From positions 186,001 through 250,000 of the forward strand of contig MU053754.1 in assembly GCA_013239625.1 (NCBI GenBank): 64,000 bases of DNA. Reading direction: 5' to 3'. The translations under genes were made by a program, and so were the position numbers. The stretch's first letter is position 1. The number at the start of each line of letters is the position of its first letter. The notes below the pieces were generated by a model. It worked only from the letters and a program-made list of their open reading frames with translations, was not told where the DNA came from and did no database searches. The DNA comes from Lama guanicoe (Eukaryota). Below, piece by piece: positions 49,489-62,775 of this stretch.

Positions 49489-51509
49489 TCTTAAATCCTC
49501 CACTCCGTTCAGTTCTGTGTCTTAGCTATCTCCTCTGAAGGATCTTTGGGAGGATAAACTATTTTGATTCCTTTTGAAGAATAACTTGGAACAAAGTCAC
49601 AGCGGCATCATATCCTGCAAGAGAATTCTTGTACACCTCTTCCCTGCGTAAAACGAGGTCCTGCTAGTGCCTGACACAACATCTATTTCTTGGCTCTGCC
49701 ACAGCAGGCGAGAGCATTAAATGCTTTCCTCCTTTGTTGGCTTATTTACTGAGAAAATCTTTGTGACCAGCTCCCTGCTCCGTCCCCTTAAGTTCTTCAG
49801 GGTCACCGAAACACTAGTAAATACCAACAGTTTGTGATCTTGTGAGTACGCACAGGGCAGGCTTTCTCAGTTATGGCTGGAGGTAGGGTCCGAAATGGAA
49901 GCGGTTTGGGAAGAGGCTATATTTTCCCTTACTTGGAAGTGTGAACTGTCAAGACAGCTATTAACAGAAAAGGTGGGCGTGGCTGAGGTTTAAGCAGTTG
50001 CCTGATGTATTGCTGTGATTTTGAACAGCCTGCGTGTAAGTGGATATCCCAAATTCATTCATTTCCATTAAATTAAAACGTGGTCCTGCTAAGTTAAGTT
50101 AAATTATGCGTGATCTTGCAAACATACCCCACTGGGTTCCTTTCAGTCAGCACCCAGTTAACCCTCTGGCTGGAGCACGTGTGTGGAATTCCGTTTCCCG
50201 AGACTCTCCGGTTCAGCAGTGTCTGCCTGCAGTGCTAACCCGAGTCGTGGATGTCAGTCTCCAGGGGGCGGATCCTGGCTTTACATCTAGCTTCCTGGGT
50301 CTGGATGGACAGGAGCAGTGAGCAGAGGAAGGCAGGGTTTAGGGCTCCATCAAGTGACAATTATTTCAGATGTTGAAACATTGCTTTTTAGATTCCTGGA
50401 GATGCAAACCAAACGGTCACTTGACCCAAGCGCGTCCCCTCTTTGGTCACGTTCTCATCTTTCTGATTAAGGAGCAGAGCAGTGCCAGGGCAGACTCGTT
50501 GTATCAGCCTTTTCTTTAGATGCTCCTTTTCATTGTATTTCATGTTTTCTCCCCCACAGGGCTTCTGTAGCACTTTATTAGAATTAATTTCTCTGCAAAT
50601 GCTGTCAGTGAACTTCAGGCATGCCCCCAGATCCCGCTTTACTTACTGAGTTGCACGTTGCTGCTTTGGGTGCATAGAGGTCACGGGTTCCCTGGGGATC
50701 CGGGTTCCTCCAGGGGCAGCCTCTCTCCAATGACGGACGGTGCATAAATAGAAGTAGCTCAGCTCCCTTGACCCTGTTGCGGGCACCTCCCGTTTTCAAA
50801 GTTCTTCTATAGGATTCAGTCCGAACGAAAGTATCACTTTTTCATCGCAAGGGCTTCTTCTGGGGAACCCAGGCTACAGGAGCCTCCCAGTTGACCTTTT
50901 GTCTATTAACGAGAAGAAATGGAGAATTCTCGTTGCCGGCTATCCCAGAGGAGAGATTAAAAATGCTGACATTTTAAAAACTCAGTGCTGCAAATGCAAG
51001 AATTTTTATGAACCGGATACTTCTTAGAAGTAAGTCTTTTGTTCATATTCCTTGGTGTGACCATTTGAACAAGGACAGCACCTGTATATTGTAAGGCTGC
51101 TTTTGGTGGGGGCCTGGTAATGCACAGTCAGGGAACTGGTCTTAAAAGTACCCTTTACTGATGACGCTTGGTCTGGAGAGCAGACAAGGGAAGACTCGTT
51201 CGTGAGTGGCATGGGAGGCGGTAGGGGCACTGGAGATTAGGGAGGACTGAGGGTGTAGCCTGAGGGTTCTTTGGAAGGCACCACGGCGAGACTCCTTCGC
51301 TCGGAGTCTCCAGCACTTAGCCTTACGTCTGGCATATGCAAGTTGATGGAGCCTCAGCCCTTAATCAGACTGAGTGGAACCGAAGACTCAAATGAGCGTG
51401 GTTTATCCGTGGATTTGTGACATACCCGGCAGACAGAAGATGGATATTCAACATCAGAGACAAATTCTCACATGCTGAAGATGGCGGTGGGGGTGGGGGT
51501 GACATACGG

Positions 51510-51702
51510 ACCTGAGCTCTTTACTCACGGTAGCCACTAGCCACATGTGGCTATTTACATTTAAATTAACTAAAAATAAGTTAAAGTTATAAGCAAGTTC
51601 TGTGATTGCACTGGCCGTCTTTCACCTGCTCAGCAGCCACATGCCGTCAGTAGCTGGGTCTAGAATATCTCCTCATGTCAGAATGCCCTCTGGGACAGAG
51701 CT
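51510..51702. mobile_element. MER3/MER33-like hAT-Charlie MITE
   Basis: ggtagccactagccacatgtggctatttacatttaaattaa...tgctcagcagccacatg...ggacagagctg. Confidence 0.85.
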
Positions 51703-52109
51703 GATGTGGTGTTGCAGCGTTTAAAATCCTGGGGGTCCTTCTCTGTTCTGAGTGGCTTCCAAGCCAAGGATCCATAAATTCAATTGCTTCTTGGCTCTCT
51801 TTTTAAATGTCTTTATTTATTTTTTTAAATGTGGAATAGTTCAACAATGCAGAAAATTCATTTAAAGCTGCAGGGTCTCCTTCTGTCTCCTTGGCTCTCC
51901 CACACCCTGGCCCCCAGCAGAATGCAGAATGGAGTTGCCCCGGAAACCTTTTATTCCTTCATAAAGCACTGTGTTTTTAAAGCTTTTCCTATTTGACACT
52001 GGGGGAAAATCATGGAATGTTAATTTTAAAAAATAACAAACATAAATGCGTTAGAGAAGTTTGCTAAATCTCAGTTTCATTCATCTTCAGTGAAAAACCT
52101 GCCTCTTCA

Positions 52110-52301
52110 CCCTGCTGTATTTCCCTCCACAGTGTTGATCGTGCTCTAATGCACTGTGCAACCTGCTTATTTATCATGTTCTGTGACTTCCTTTCCTGAC
52201 CAGAACCCAGCTCCACGAGGGTAAGGGTTTTGTCCTTTTTGGTCACCGCTGTTTAGTCAACAAGCAGGAAAGCCTTTGGCACGTGGACGGACTGGATGAA
52301 T
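52110..52301 (+). mobile_element. L2 3' end
   Basis: agctccacgagggtaagggttttgtcctttttggtcaccgctg...ggcacgtgg. Confidence 0.7.
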
Positions 52302-53188
52302 ATTTTCTGAGTGGAGGAATCGAATCCCACTGGCGTTTCCTGGTGGCTGTTTGGCTTTCATTACACATTTTGATTGGCTGGGGAGCTCTCCTTTTAACCT
52401 CTGTCATTCCACGTTCACCACTTATTTCTGAGGGTGGACGGCATTATCTGCTCTCCGGTCTTGGGCAATAGCTCGTCAATATAAAGTGAGAGGAGAGAGG
52501 TGTGTGTGCGTGTGCATGCATGTGTGTGTGTGTACCGGGGGGTCAGGAGAGCTGGAGAAAACCACTGAACGCACAATACGTTGAATGAGGGAGGGGTCCT
52601 GCAGGTATGTGAGTTTTAAGAAGCATGTTCAATAAAGTGGTAGATAATTTAGGCTGAAAGGCACTTATGTTTTCATAATGCAGATCACTAGAAGCAAGAA
52701 GTAAAACTGGGCAAAAATCTTGCCTGAGTGAAATTCATAGAAGTCAGAGCATTTCTCCTGAATAAGGCACTTTGTCAGTATCTGCTCACTGACTGAAATG
52801 TGCCTGGTGAGAGCTTTCCATGAGGATCAAAGGGAGTTGGCAAAAGGCAGTAACAGTGGGGACATCGAACATGGGTGCTGCTAGTGATTAAGGTTTTCCG
52901 GCTGATAGAGAGATTGAAATTCAATGTTCTTTGCAGGACATTATGGGATATTTTAATCCCATGGGAGTATTTAAGAGAAATTCTGTCATCAGAAAATATA
53001 CTGTGTTCTCTATGCAGTGTCAGACCTCAGCTGCGGGCACACTTATCTATAAGGGGCTGGTCCTGAATTTTTCCAAGGCTATTTACTTGCTTCTGTTAGA
53101 ATGATTTGTCTTTTATGAGCAGACTTGCAGTAGCAGATTCCTGTGACTTGAGAAAAGCTTTTGGGAGAAACTCTTAGAATGGACTTTG

Positions 53189-53848
53189 TTTTTTTTTTTT
53201 TAATTGAAGCATAGTTGATTTACAGTATTGTGTCAGTTTCAGGTGTACAGCAAAGTGATTCGGTTATACATACATATATCTCTATTCTTTAATCATCTTT
53301 TTTTGTTTGTCTTAATGGAGGTACTGGGGATTGAACTGAGGACCTGGTGCATGCTAAGCATGCACTCTATCACTGAGCTACACCCCCACCTCTCATATAT
53401 CTCTATTCTTTTTCAGAGTCTTTTCCATTATAGTTTACTGTAAGATATTGAGTATAGTTCCCTGTGCTGTACAGTAAATCCTTGTTGCTTATCTATTTTA
53501 TATATAGTAATTTGTATTTGTTAATCCCAAACTCCTAATTTTTCACTCCCCCATTTTCCTTTCCCCTTTGGTAACCTTGTAAGTTTGTCTTCTATGTCTG
53601 TGAGCCTGTTTCTGTTTGGTACATAGATTCATTTGCATTATTTTTTAGATTCCACATATGAGTGATATCATATGATATTTGTCTTTCTCTTTCTGACTTA
53701 CTTCACTTAGCATGATAATCTCAAGGTCCATCCATGTTGCTGCAAAGGCAATGTTTTATTCTTTTTTATGGCCGAGTAGTATTCCGTCGTGTGTATATGT
53801 ACCATGTCTTCCTAACCCAGTCGTCTGTTGATGGGCACTTAGGTTGTC
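53189..53848 (-). mobile_element. L1 3' end interrupted by a SINE
   Basis: Standard antisense L1 3'UTR through ctgttgatgggcacttaggttg. Confidence 0.95.
53291..53393 (-). mobile_element. tRNA-Ala-derived SINE (Vic-1-like, camelid) with perfect 18-bp TSD
   Basis: Reverse complement ggggtgtagctcagtgatagagtgcatgcttagcatgcaccaggtcctcagttcaatccccagtacctcca plus an A-rich tail; TSD catatatctctattcttt at 53273-53290 and 53394-53411. Confidence 0.9.
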
Positions 53849-56449
53849 TTGGAGTGCTCACATTTCAACCCTGGATGTCTGCTTTGCCTCCCTTCCTCCT
53901 GTGACCTGGGGAAGGACATCATTTTCCATTGTGGCCACACATTCTGTTACTTCAGTTTCAGACTGGGCAGATCTGTAGGAGGGGGACTGCCTGCCATGGA
54001 GATGCAATCAGAACAGAAGGCCAGCCCTTAAACAGAGTCTGCCCTGGGGTCTCGTGGTCTCACATGGACATTTCTGAATACCAGGTAGCTATGTTTTTGA
54101 ACTTAGGAGATAGGCAAGCGCTGTGCTTCTGAGTCCTAGGGATACAGGAGAGAGAAGGCACAGTGCCCTCTGGGGTATGAAAGGGAAGGATGCGTGGTGA
54201 GCAAGCAAGTAAATCCAGCGTCGTGTTGGGCTCCGTGCCCCTTCAAGGCAGACTCCGTGGGGACAGTCTCAGTTAAAAACAGCAGAGTGGAGTGGACCAT
54301 CACCGCGTCTAGTAGCAGTGACTCCCATCAGCCTCCAGGGATGCTTGAGTGTTGCTCTGAACATTCTCCGGTTGAGACTTCTCCCAGCCAGCTCCGGCGC
54401 TGCTCTGGGCTCTGGGTGGCTGCACAAACAGATCCCTTTGTGCTTTGCTTTGTCGGTTAGGCTATTGGTGGGGTATCCAAACGAGGTGAAGGAATGAGGT
54501 GAGGCTGTGAACCAGCGTGCTCTTTCCCTATGAGACCACACCAGCTGGTGCAGGGGGCTCCCTGTTTCCGGATTCTGGCACCTGCTCCCTCAGACCCAGG
54601 ATGGGGATGGCTTCGGCTTTGCCTAAACTCACGGTGCTTCCCCGCGGCCCCATGCATTCCCTTACCCGTCAGAAGCCGGTGTCCTGCACAGTCGTGAGTA
54701 GTTCTTCACTGCGTCTCAATGACTTGTCTCGGAGGATGCTGTCTTCTGCTGGATGCAGTCTCAAATTTATCAATAACGTGCACGGAGCAGAAAACTCTCA
54801 TAGAACGTTCTGTTACCCATTGCACTGTTCCCCTCACCTTTGCACATATATGCCCTCCTGCCCTCTTTTATCCTCTTCTTCCTTTCTTCGCTCTGTGTTT
54901 TTAGAATAAAGTAGCCAAAAGGTGACACTAGAGAATGCAGAGTATTTCGGTTCCTTCAGTATACAAATGGCATTTCCACATTTAAAAGGATTTATCAGAG
55001 ACAAAGTGTTCTCTCAGTAAACCATTTTTATTTCAGCCCCCTCAAGTTCATGATAATCAAATTATTCCAGTCATTTGCACATTGAAAAAAGAAATAAGCT
55101 ATAGGTTTAATCCGTCTAGGCTGAAAAATGTTTTCTTTTGTTTCAACTCAAATACTTAGTGGGAGGAATAAGGAAGCCTGCAGTCCAGTGATTAAATAAA
55201 TGGGAAAACAGCAGGAATGCAACTTCTCCCCCGACTGCTCCGTGAAATAGTGTATTTTAAGTCTTGTTTCCCACCGACTTGTGAATTGTGTATTAGTCCT
55301 GCTTAAACTCACCGCATCAGGCTTAAATTAAAAATAGTTCCAATTCTCCAGCTCTTGATGGAATGTGAGCTTAAAACCCGACTTCTGCTCACTTTTACTA
55401 ACAAAAACTTTTGTGCCGCTGTAGGCATTTTATTTTGCAGGCGTGTATTAAGTGAACCTCTTGTATACCCCTGCTGGACCACATCCCTCTCCTGTCCTCC
55501 CCCAGAGATGTGCCCTGTCTAGACCAGTTGTTTGCCACCCTTACTCACGTCTTCATTCTTTTAGAAGAGACGTGCATTCTGAGCTGATTCTTGTTTCACG
55601 TATTTAAAAAGTTATGAGCAGAGAGGTGTACCGTGTCTTTTTCTGCAGCTCAGGCATGGAATTTTGTCCTTAAGGCAGTGGGGAGTCCCTGTCGAGATTT
55701 CAGCAGGCAAAGTGATTTATCAGGCTGCGTTTCCTGAGGACGCCGTGAAATACGTTAGCCTAGTGTGAAGATGAGATGATGGAGATGAGCAGACGTTGAG
55801 GAATCTCCTCAGAGTCTTGCTTTAAGAGACTGAGACTGGGAAGGGAACCAGCTCCAAGGCTTTTGTGGGGTCTCCAGGGGAAGGGCAGGCTTGAGGAGAA
55901 GAGCAGACGGAAGAGCTGTCTGAGGCTCAGTGTCCTGGATGTCTTCATTCACCGCTGCTTGGTTCTGGCTTAGAGCCGGGGAGTCCCATTCCTCTGCATG
56001 TGTCTGAGTTACTCAGCGAGAATCTGCCCTGGGCGGGCGAGGGCTGGTGGAAGGGGCCCTGTGCATCCTTGAAGCCATGTACGTCAGGAACAGATCCTGG
56101 AATCGGGAGGTTTTGTCCTTCCATCTAGGCCGTCCTGATACTGGAGCCAGTCTGTGTTGGAATACCTGCCAGATGAGGCACTCTGCTCCCTTTGCTGTTC
56201 GGAAGCCCACTGTCTGTGGCTTGCATCCTCTCCGGGGTTGGGCTGTCTGCTGTGAAGGGGCTGATGTTTTTGCCACGAGGTTTCCTAGCTCAGAGTTCAC
56301 GGTTGCCAGCACTCAGCAAGGTCAGCCAGATGTACTTCCCCCTGCAGAGCTTCCTTGGTTAGGAGCCCCTGCTCAGAAATTGTAAAAGAATCTTGATGGT
56401 GTTTCAGTTGTGACACCACCACCATCAAAAAAGATCCCTCTGACAAATA

Positions 56450-57770
56450 TGAGGATGGAAGAATCATTAAAAATACATGTGGTTACATAAACCGGAGTAC
56501 ATCCTGACAGTGAAATACAGAGCACTGGCAAAAAGAATGACAAAGTGCTTTCTTTGTGCGCCGATATATAAGAGCTCCAGAAAGCTGTTAAGTAAAAAAA
56601 GTGAGGAACAAGAAAGTTTATATAGCATGCTACTTTTTGTTTAAGAAGGCGGAGTAATAATACATATTTATACTTAAATAAAGAAGCATTAGGAGGATAC
56701 GGAAGGGGTAGCCAGGAATGGAGGAGACAGCTAAGTAGGCAGAAGACGATGATGTATGTGTTTTAGTATAATTTTTCTTTTGAACCATATACGTTCTTAC
56801 CTGTTAGAATACATTTCAACAAATAAGATCGACTTAATTTTGTTTTTAAGATTTACTTGAGCTGCTGTGTAATTGATATTAATTTCCTGTGGTTGATAAT
56901 TATGATGTGGTTATGTAAAATTTTACCATTAGGGAGTGTAGGGCGAGAGCAATAAGAAAACTATTATTTTTGCAACTTTTCAGTAAGCCTAACATTAGTT
57001 CAAAATAAAAAGCTTTTTTTTTTTAAAGAGATGATACACAAGCAGCTGGTAAGCACATGAAAATGTGTTCAGCACCACTGGTTCTGTGAGAAACGCAAAT
57101 TAAAAGCACAGCGAGACACTATTTATATACCAAATAGAATGGCTAAAATTATAAAAAAAATGACAACAATTTTATGGGAGAAACCAACTCTTATGTCCAA
57201 CAACATTGGCATAATGTTGGTCAGGTTCTTCTCAAATGAAATATGCGTCTATCTTTTGACCCAGAAAGCCTCCTCTTAGGTGCTTATCCGTGAAAGGTGA
57301 TGGTGCCACACCGGCTTTAGCTGCAGTTGCCCCAGAGTGGAAACAAGCCAGATGTGCAACAGAGAATGGGCGTATGCTTCCTTATGCATCTAAGGGGAAA
57401 AGAAATACCAGAACAGTGGGTGTCTCTAGTTGGAGGACTGACTGGGGAGAGACGAGAGCTTTCAGAAGAGGTGGAGACGTTCTATATGGGGTCGGTGCTC
57501 TGGATTTTGGAGGTGTGTCTGTTGCTCAAAATGGCACACTTAATTTTTGTGTATTTCAACGTATGCGCATTTTCTCTCAGAGAAAGGACTGCAAAAATGA
57601 TAACTACTTGGGAGTTGGGGATGGACAGAAATACAGGTAACAGACAGCAAAATACTGATAATGGTTCAAGGGGGGAGCTAGATTGTTGGGGTTCACGACA
57701 TTGTTCTCTTTACTTTTTTATGTATTCTGTATTTTCTACGGTGAAAGTTAAAAATAATTTGAAAAAGGAA
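56450..57770 (+). mobile_element. Cluster of old L1MC/L1ME 3' fragments
   Basis: tgttaagtaaaaaaagtgagg...tatagcatgctac; ttaatttcctgtggttgataatt...tttttgcaactttt; taagcacatgaaaatgtgttcagcacc...agaatggctaaaatt...tttgacccag. Confidence 0.75.
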
Positions 57771-60009
57771 AAGAAACACAAGTTTTTCTTTGAAGGGAAG
57801 CAGTAGTTTGGAGCAATAACTGGAGTTTTTGGGTTTTTTCCCCCCGTCTTAATAAGATGGGAGTTTTATGATGTGTTTTATGCTGACAGGAGTAATAGCG
57901 TTCTGGGGGCTGAGGAGAGCATTTGGCAACACAAGATGTCCCCTGATGACGCTGAAAATTAAAAGAACATCTCAAAATGTGCAGCAAAAAGATCACAATA
58001 ACAGAACGTCAAGAGCATTGAATCGCACGCTCATGGAAAATGCTAAGGACATCTAAAACGCATTTCGGAGGTAGCTTTCGGGTAGGAAGACCCAGCAGAT
58101 CCAAGCCCGTTGCCCAGAGCAGATGGTGTGTCAACGGATGTAAAGGGAGACGGGGACCACTTGAAATACTGGCTTTCCTTTGCCTTTCCTACACAAGAAA
58201 ATGGTATTCAAGCTTTAAAGGTTAAAGCAAACAGAGTTGGGAGGGATGTAAGCCTTTGATAAGTGAGGGAACAGCTTTATAAAACAAATTCAAACTCAGG
58301 GACAAAGGCCATTAGCTAGTTTAGTCCTTGAGTAATCATGGTTCACAGGAGAATGTGGAAAAGTAGGAGATGGGTAAATGTTGACCCAGTTTTTTCCTCT
58401 CTCTTTTGAGGTGAGAATGGCATTCTGGAAATTGCAGACTGGTAAGGCAGACAGTAACCCTTACTGCTCTGGAAGAGGCCCTCTAACAGATGTCTTGAGA
58501 GCCCATGATAAACGAAACCGTGATTTCTGAAGCTCCCTGGGTTGGTTTGCTCAGAGCCAGACCCTGCGCTGGTAGGTTTAGGAAATTCTGTGGGTATAAC
58601 TTGTCTAGTCTCGTCAACGTGAAACTTGACGATTTCCCTCTTGCTCTTCTGGAGGAGAAGACGCGTGTGTCAGTGAATGGGGGTGAAACCGGAGAGCTCT
58701 GCCCCTGTTCGTCTACAGGCATTTGAAGCGTGCTGGTGACTTCACCGCCCACTGCAAGGCTGCGTGTCTGCTTCTCACGTGGAAGACAAGATCCTGAGCC
58801 TAGTGTGTGCAAAAGACGTATTTCTGTCTGCGTCCGTGCCTGCATCCACGTACCCATCCATACCTCTGAGGGGCCATCTACCTGCCAACATAACGTAACA
58901 GTAACCCGCCGTCTTTTTCTTACTCATTAAACATGAGCCATTTGCTGTGCTCAGGGAGTGGAGTGGCCCCATTATTTGCATGCTCTGTTTAAGGCTATTG
59001 GAAACACTTTTTACTCTGGCTCTTGCAAATAATCTAAGATTGTATCAGCAACACCTTCCAGTCTTATTAAAAGGAGAGCAAAACTCAGCAAGTGCTTGGC
59101 AATTCATCGTCTTGCAAAGTATCTGGGAGGTTTGAAGTTCAGTTATTTGCAGGGAGGGGCAGAGGAGGAAAAGGGGGCTGGAGACGGGACAGAATTAACA
59201 GGGGTAACTTGGGGTTGCTACTAGGATTAGAATTTAAATGATAGCTTGTGCTTTGCTTTCTTGGCTGTCCCCAAAGTGAAATTCTAAATCATTATTAGAT
59301 ACTTGTAGGTATTTGTCTTCAGAGCCACATGTCTTTTACTAAAAGTATTTGTGATGGGTTTTAAAAACATTGGTTAATGAAGGTGCTATTTTAAAGGGCT
59401 ATGGTACTGTATGGAGAAAAGAGATGCAGTGAAATGAAATCCTCTGTTCCCATAGTGTCACGCTTCAGATTCGCACTGCTGTGTGCACATGGCCCCTTAA
59501 CTCATGATCACCCATCAGTTAGAAAACGGGAGATTCCTGACGGCACGTCCAACCCTCGGCACCGTTAGTGAGCGTTCCCGACGGCTCTGCAGATGTGAGA
59601 TCGGAGCAGGTTGCTGAGGAAATACTGACATACCCGTAGCCTTCTCGTATTTTTTTTCATTAACATTGTGCTCCAGTTTTAAGAACCGTCTCCCTTTCGT
59701 CATTAAACATTTAGTGAGGAAAATCAATTCTGGTTGTAAGACATCTTCCCTCTTCCTGCTCAGCTCCCTTCTGACTTGCACTGATTAGTTTTGGGTGTGT
59801 GGTAGTACAGCCTTAAAGAAGAGACAATAACTTAGCACATAATTAGACAGCGTTCTCTAAAGTTCTCCTTGTTTGTGCCAACTGTCATCTGTTGGGGAGA
59901 AGGGATGGTGTCTTGAACTGGTTTGATAATCTCAGTCTGAAATACACTTGTGACTGAGCCGACTCCACTGGACAGCTGATGCTAACTAACTACCTCAGTC
60001 GTTGATGTG

Positions 60010-60170
60010 CTGAGGGAGAGAGCGTGATACTAGGGTCAGAAAGTCCGGGCATTCACCAGTTCTGGGACCCTCAGGAGGTCACTGTCTTCTGCCAGCTTCC
60101 GGTTTCTTCCTCTTCGGAGGTGGGAGAATGATGATCACTGTGCAGGACTGGTGCAAGGACTGGCCAAGGT
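60010..60170 (+). mobile_element. Degenerate MIR
   Basis: tagggtcagaaagtccggg...gttctgggaccctcaggaggtcact...gcttccggtttcttcctct. Confidence 0.5.
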
Positions 60171-60285
60171 GAGGCCTGGGCCAGCTCCGCGGAACGTTAT
60201 ACAGAGGGACTTCTTAGCCTCCCTTCATGTTTCATGTCTCCTTTCCTTCGCATGTGCTTTACTTTTCAAATACCTTGCGGCAGTT

Positions 60286-60557
60286 ACATCCTTAAGACAT
60301 TTAGTCCATCGCTTTTGGTCCTTGGTAGTTGGTTATATTTGGTCCTGAACAAAACGTCCATGGAGATAATTGGTCCACAGCAAAAGATCTTTGATGTTTG
60401 GTTCTGTCTAGAACTGTTTGGCATGGACCAAAGCTCCAGAGATGCTCATGGGTGTTTTGGACAGGACCAAATATCTAGGATGTTTCGGCGTGGACCAAAT
60501 GTCATACGGACTGAATGTCTTAATGGATGTTTGGGACAGGACCAAATGCCTGCTAAC
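60286..60557. repeat. Imperfect foldback (inverted) repeat made of ~30-bp ttggtcc/ggaccaa subunits
   Basis: 60335-60362 vs reverse complement of 60447-60474 match 24/28; 60286-60307 vs reverse complement of 60508-60530 differ by 1 mismatch and 1 indel. Confidence 0.8.
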
Positions 60558-61282
60558 ATCTAAGTAAGTTTCTTTTCTCTGGCTGCTCTGAGGACAAAAA
60601 TTTTCTTAGTTTGCTTTCTAGGCAGTCTTTCAGAATTCAAATCCTGACTGCGTAATTGGAAAATGTATGCTCCTTTTGACCTAGCGTGTGTAATTCGGTG
60701 TTCTTAAGTATCAGAAAAGCAAGTTAACGCCAGATGCTTCAAAGACATGGAACTCAACAGTTTGATTCTCATTTGCTGAGTCGGGTTCAGGTGGAAAGTC
60801 CCAGGAAGCAGAAATAATGAGGAGAGTTAGGATACTAGAAAAATAAAAATAAAGAGTGAATACCGAAATGTAAATGTAGGGAAGTTAACAGAGAAAACGT
60901 GTTTTTTAAATGGCAGTATCAGTATTAGAAGTAACAACTCCACAGACTTCTTGCCTAAGATCTCTGGGCGTCCTGCAATCAAATTCTTATAAAATTTCAC
61001 TTTCACACCTTTATTAGCAGGTTTATTACCTGAATAAAGTATAAATTGAAATTTTTCTTAACCGTAAGCAGAGGATGAAATACTTTCTAAAAATGAGATA
61101 GTCTTATTTGTTTCGTGGCTTTAACCAATGACAGAAATAATGATTTCTGGGCCTTGGTGTTTACTTCTGACACACTCTAGCAGGCTTGAGACCATGAGTG
61201 ACTTTATGTGTACTAAGCTAGGAAACTGCCACGGCCTCCCGTCAAGCCTGTTGGAGTTGCTGATTAGAATTGCTGAATTTCC

Positions 61283-62303
61283 TTTTTTTTTCCTTTATTG
61301 AAGTACAGTTGATTTACAGTGTGGTGTTAGTTTCTGGTGTACAGCATGCTGATTCAGTTTTATATATATACAAAGTATATATATACATGTACAGTATATA
61401 TATACTTTTTAATATTCTTTTCCATTACAGTTTATTATAAGATATTGAAGGTAGTTCCCTGTTTTGTACAGCAGGTCATTTTGTTTCTTTGTTTTATATA
61501 TAGTGGTGTGTATCTGCTAATCCAAAACTCCTCATTTATCCTTCCCCTTTGGCGACTACAAGTTTATGTTCTGTCTTTGAGTCTATTTCTGGTTTGTAAA
61601 TAAGTTCTTTTGTCTCTCTCTCTGTTTGTTTGTTGTTGTTTTTTTTTTTTTTTTTAGATTCCACCTGTAAGTGATAACATATGATTTTTGTCTTTTTCTG
61701 TCTGACTTAACTTCATTTAGTATGATCATCTCTAGGTCCATCCATGTTGCTGCAAATGGCATTATTTCATTTTCTTTTATGGCTGAGTAGTATTCCATTG
61801 TATAAATACACCACATCTTTTTTATCTAGTCTTCTGTTGATGGACGTTTAGGTTGTTTCCATGTCTTGGCTATTGCAAGTACTGCTGCTATGAACATTGG
61901 GGTATATGTATGTTTTTAAATTGAGTTTTCTCTGGATATATGCCCAGGAGTGGGATTGCTGGATCATAGGGTAAGTCTGTTTTTAGTTTTTTAAGGAATC
62001 TTCTTACTGTTTTCCATAATGGCTGCACCAAATTACATTCCATCAGCAGTGCAGGAGGGTTCACTTTTCTCCACATCCTCTCTAGCATTTACCATTTGTG
62101 GACTTTTTATTGATGGCCATTCTGAGCAGTGTGAGGTGATATCTGATTGTAGTTTTGAATTGCATTTCTCTGATAATTAGCAATGTTGAGCATTTTTTCA
62201 TGTGACTATCGGCCATCTGTCTGTCTTCACGGGAGAAATGTCTGTTTAGGTCTTCTGCCCATTTTTGGATTGGGTTGTTTGTATTTTGTCTTGAGTTGTA
62301 TGA
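61283..62303 (-). mobile_element. Truncated L1 (3'UTR plus ORF2 C-terminus)
   Basis: ORFs 61583-61816 and 61888-62088 give the L1 ORF2 end (QPLWKTV...PYDPAIPLLGIYP; YTMEYYSAIK.NEIMPFAATWMDLE); flanks ctgaatttc / ctgagtttc. Confidence 0.95.
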
Positions 62304-62387
62304 TCTGAGTTTCTAAGTTTAGAGAAAATCTGTTGCATAACCTTTGTACCCTTGGATACTGAACTGTGAATCATTAGACAGTGTTCC

Positions 62388-62775
62388 TGTGATAGTTGGT
62401 AGTATGTATCGACTTGAGGGGAGCACGAGGTGCCTAGATATTTGATCAAACGTTATTCTAGGTGTTTCTGTGAGGGTGTCCTGGATGAGATGAACATTTA
62501 AATTGGTGTACTGAATAAAGCAGGGTGCCCTCCTTGTTGTGGTGGGCCTCGTCCAGTCAGTTGAAGGCCTGAGTAGAAAAAAGCCTGACTTTCCCCGGAA
62601 TAAGAGGATTTCGTGCTTGACAGTGTTCAGACTGGTACATCAACTCTTCTTGGTTCTACAGCAGCTTCTGCTTTGCATCTGAGCTGCGAGATCAGCTCTG
62701 CAGATTTTGGATTTCCAGTCTGCATAATCATCAGGCAATTGCATACATATATGTCTCTAGAGAACCCTATTTAGT
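62388..62775 (+). mobile_element. ERVL LTR (MLT2-type)
   Basis: tgtgatagtt...tcgacttga...caaacgttattctaggtgtttctgtgagggtgt...gtgggcctcgtccagtcagttgaaggcctgagtagaaaa...ctagagaaccct. Confidence 0.9.

Noticed and set aside
53315..53390. tRNA-Ala gene
   Set aside because: Diverged stems, an A-rich tail and a TSD identify it as a SINE
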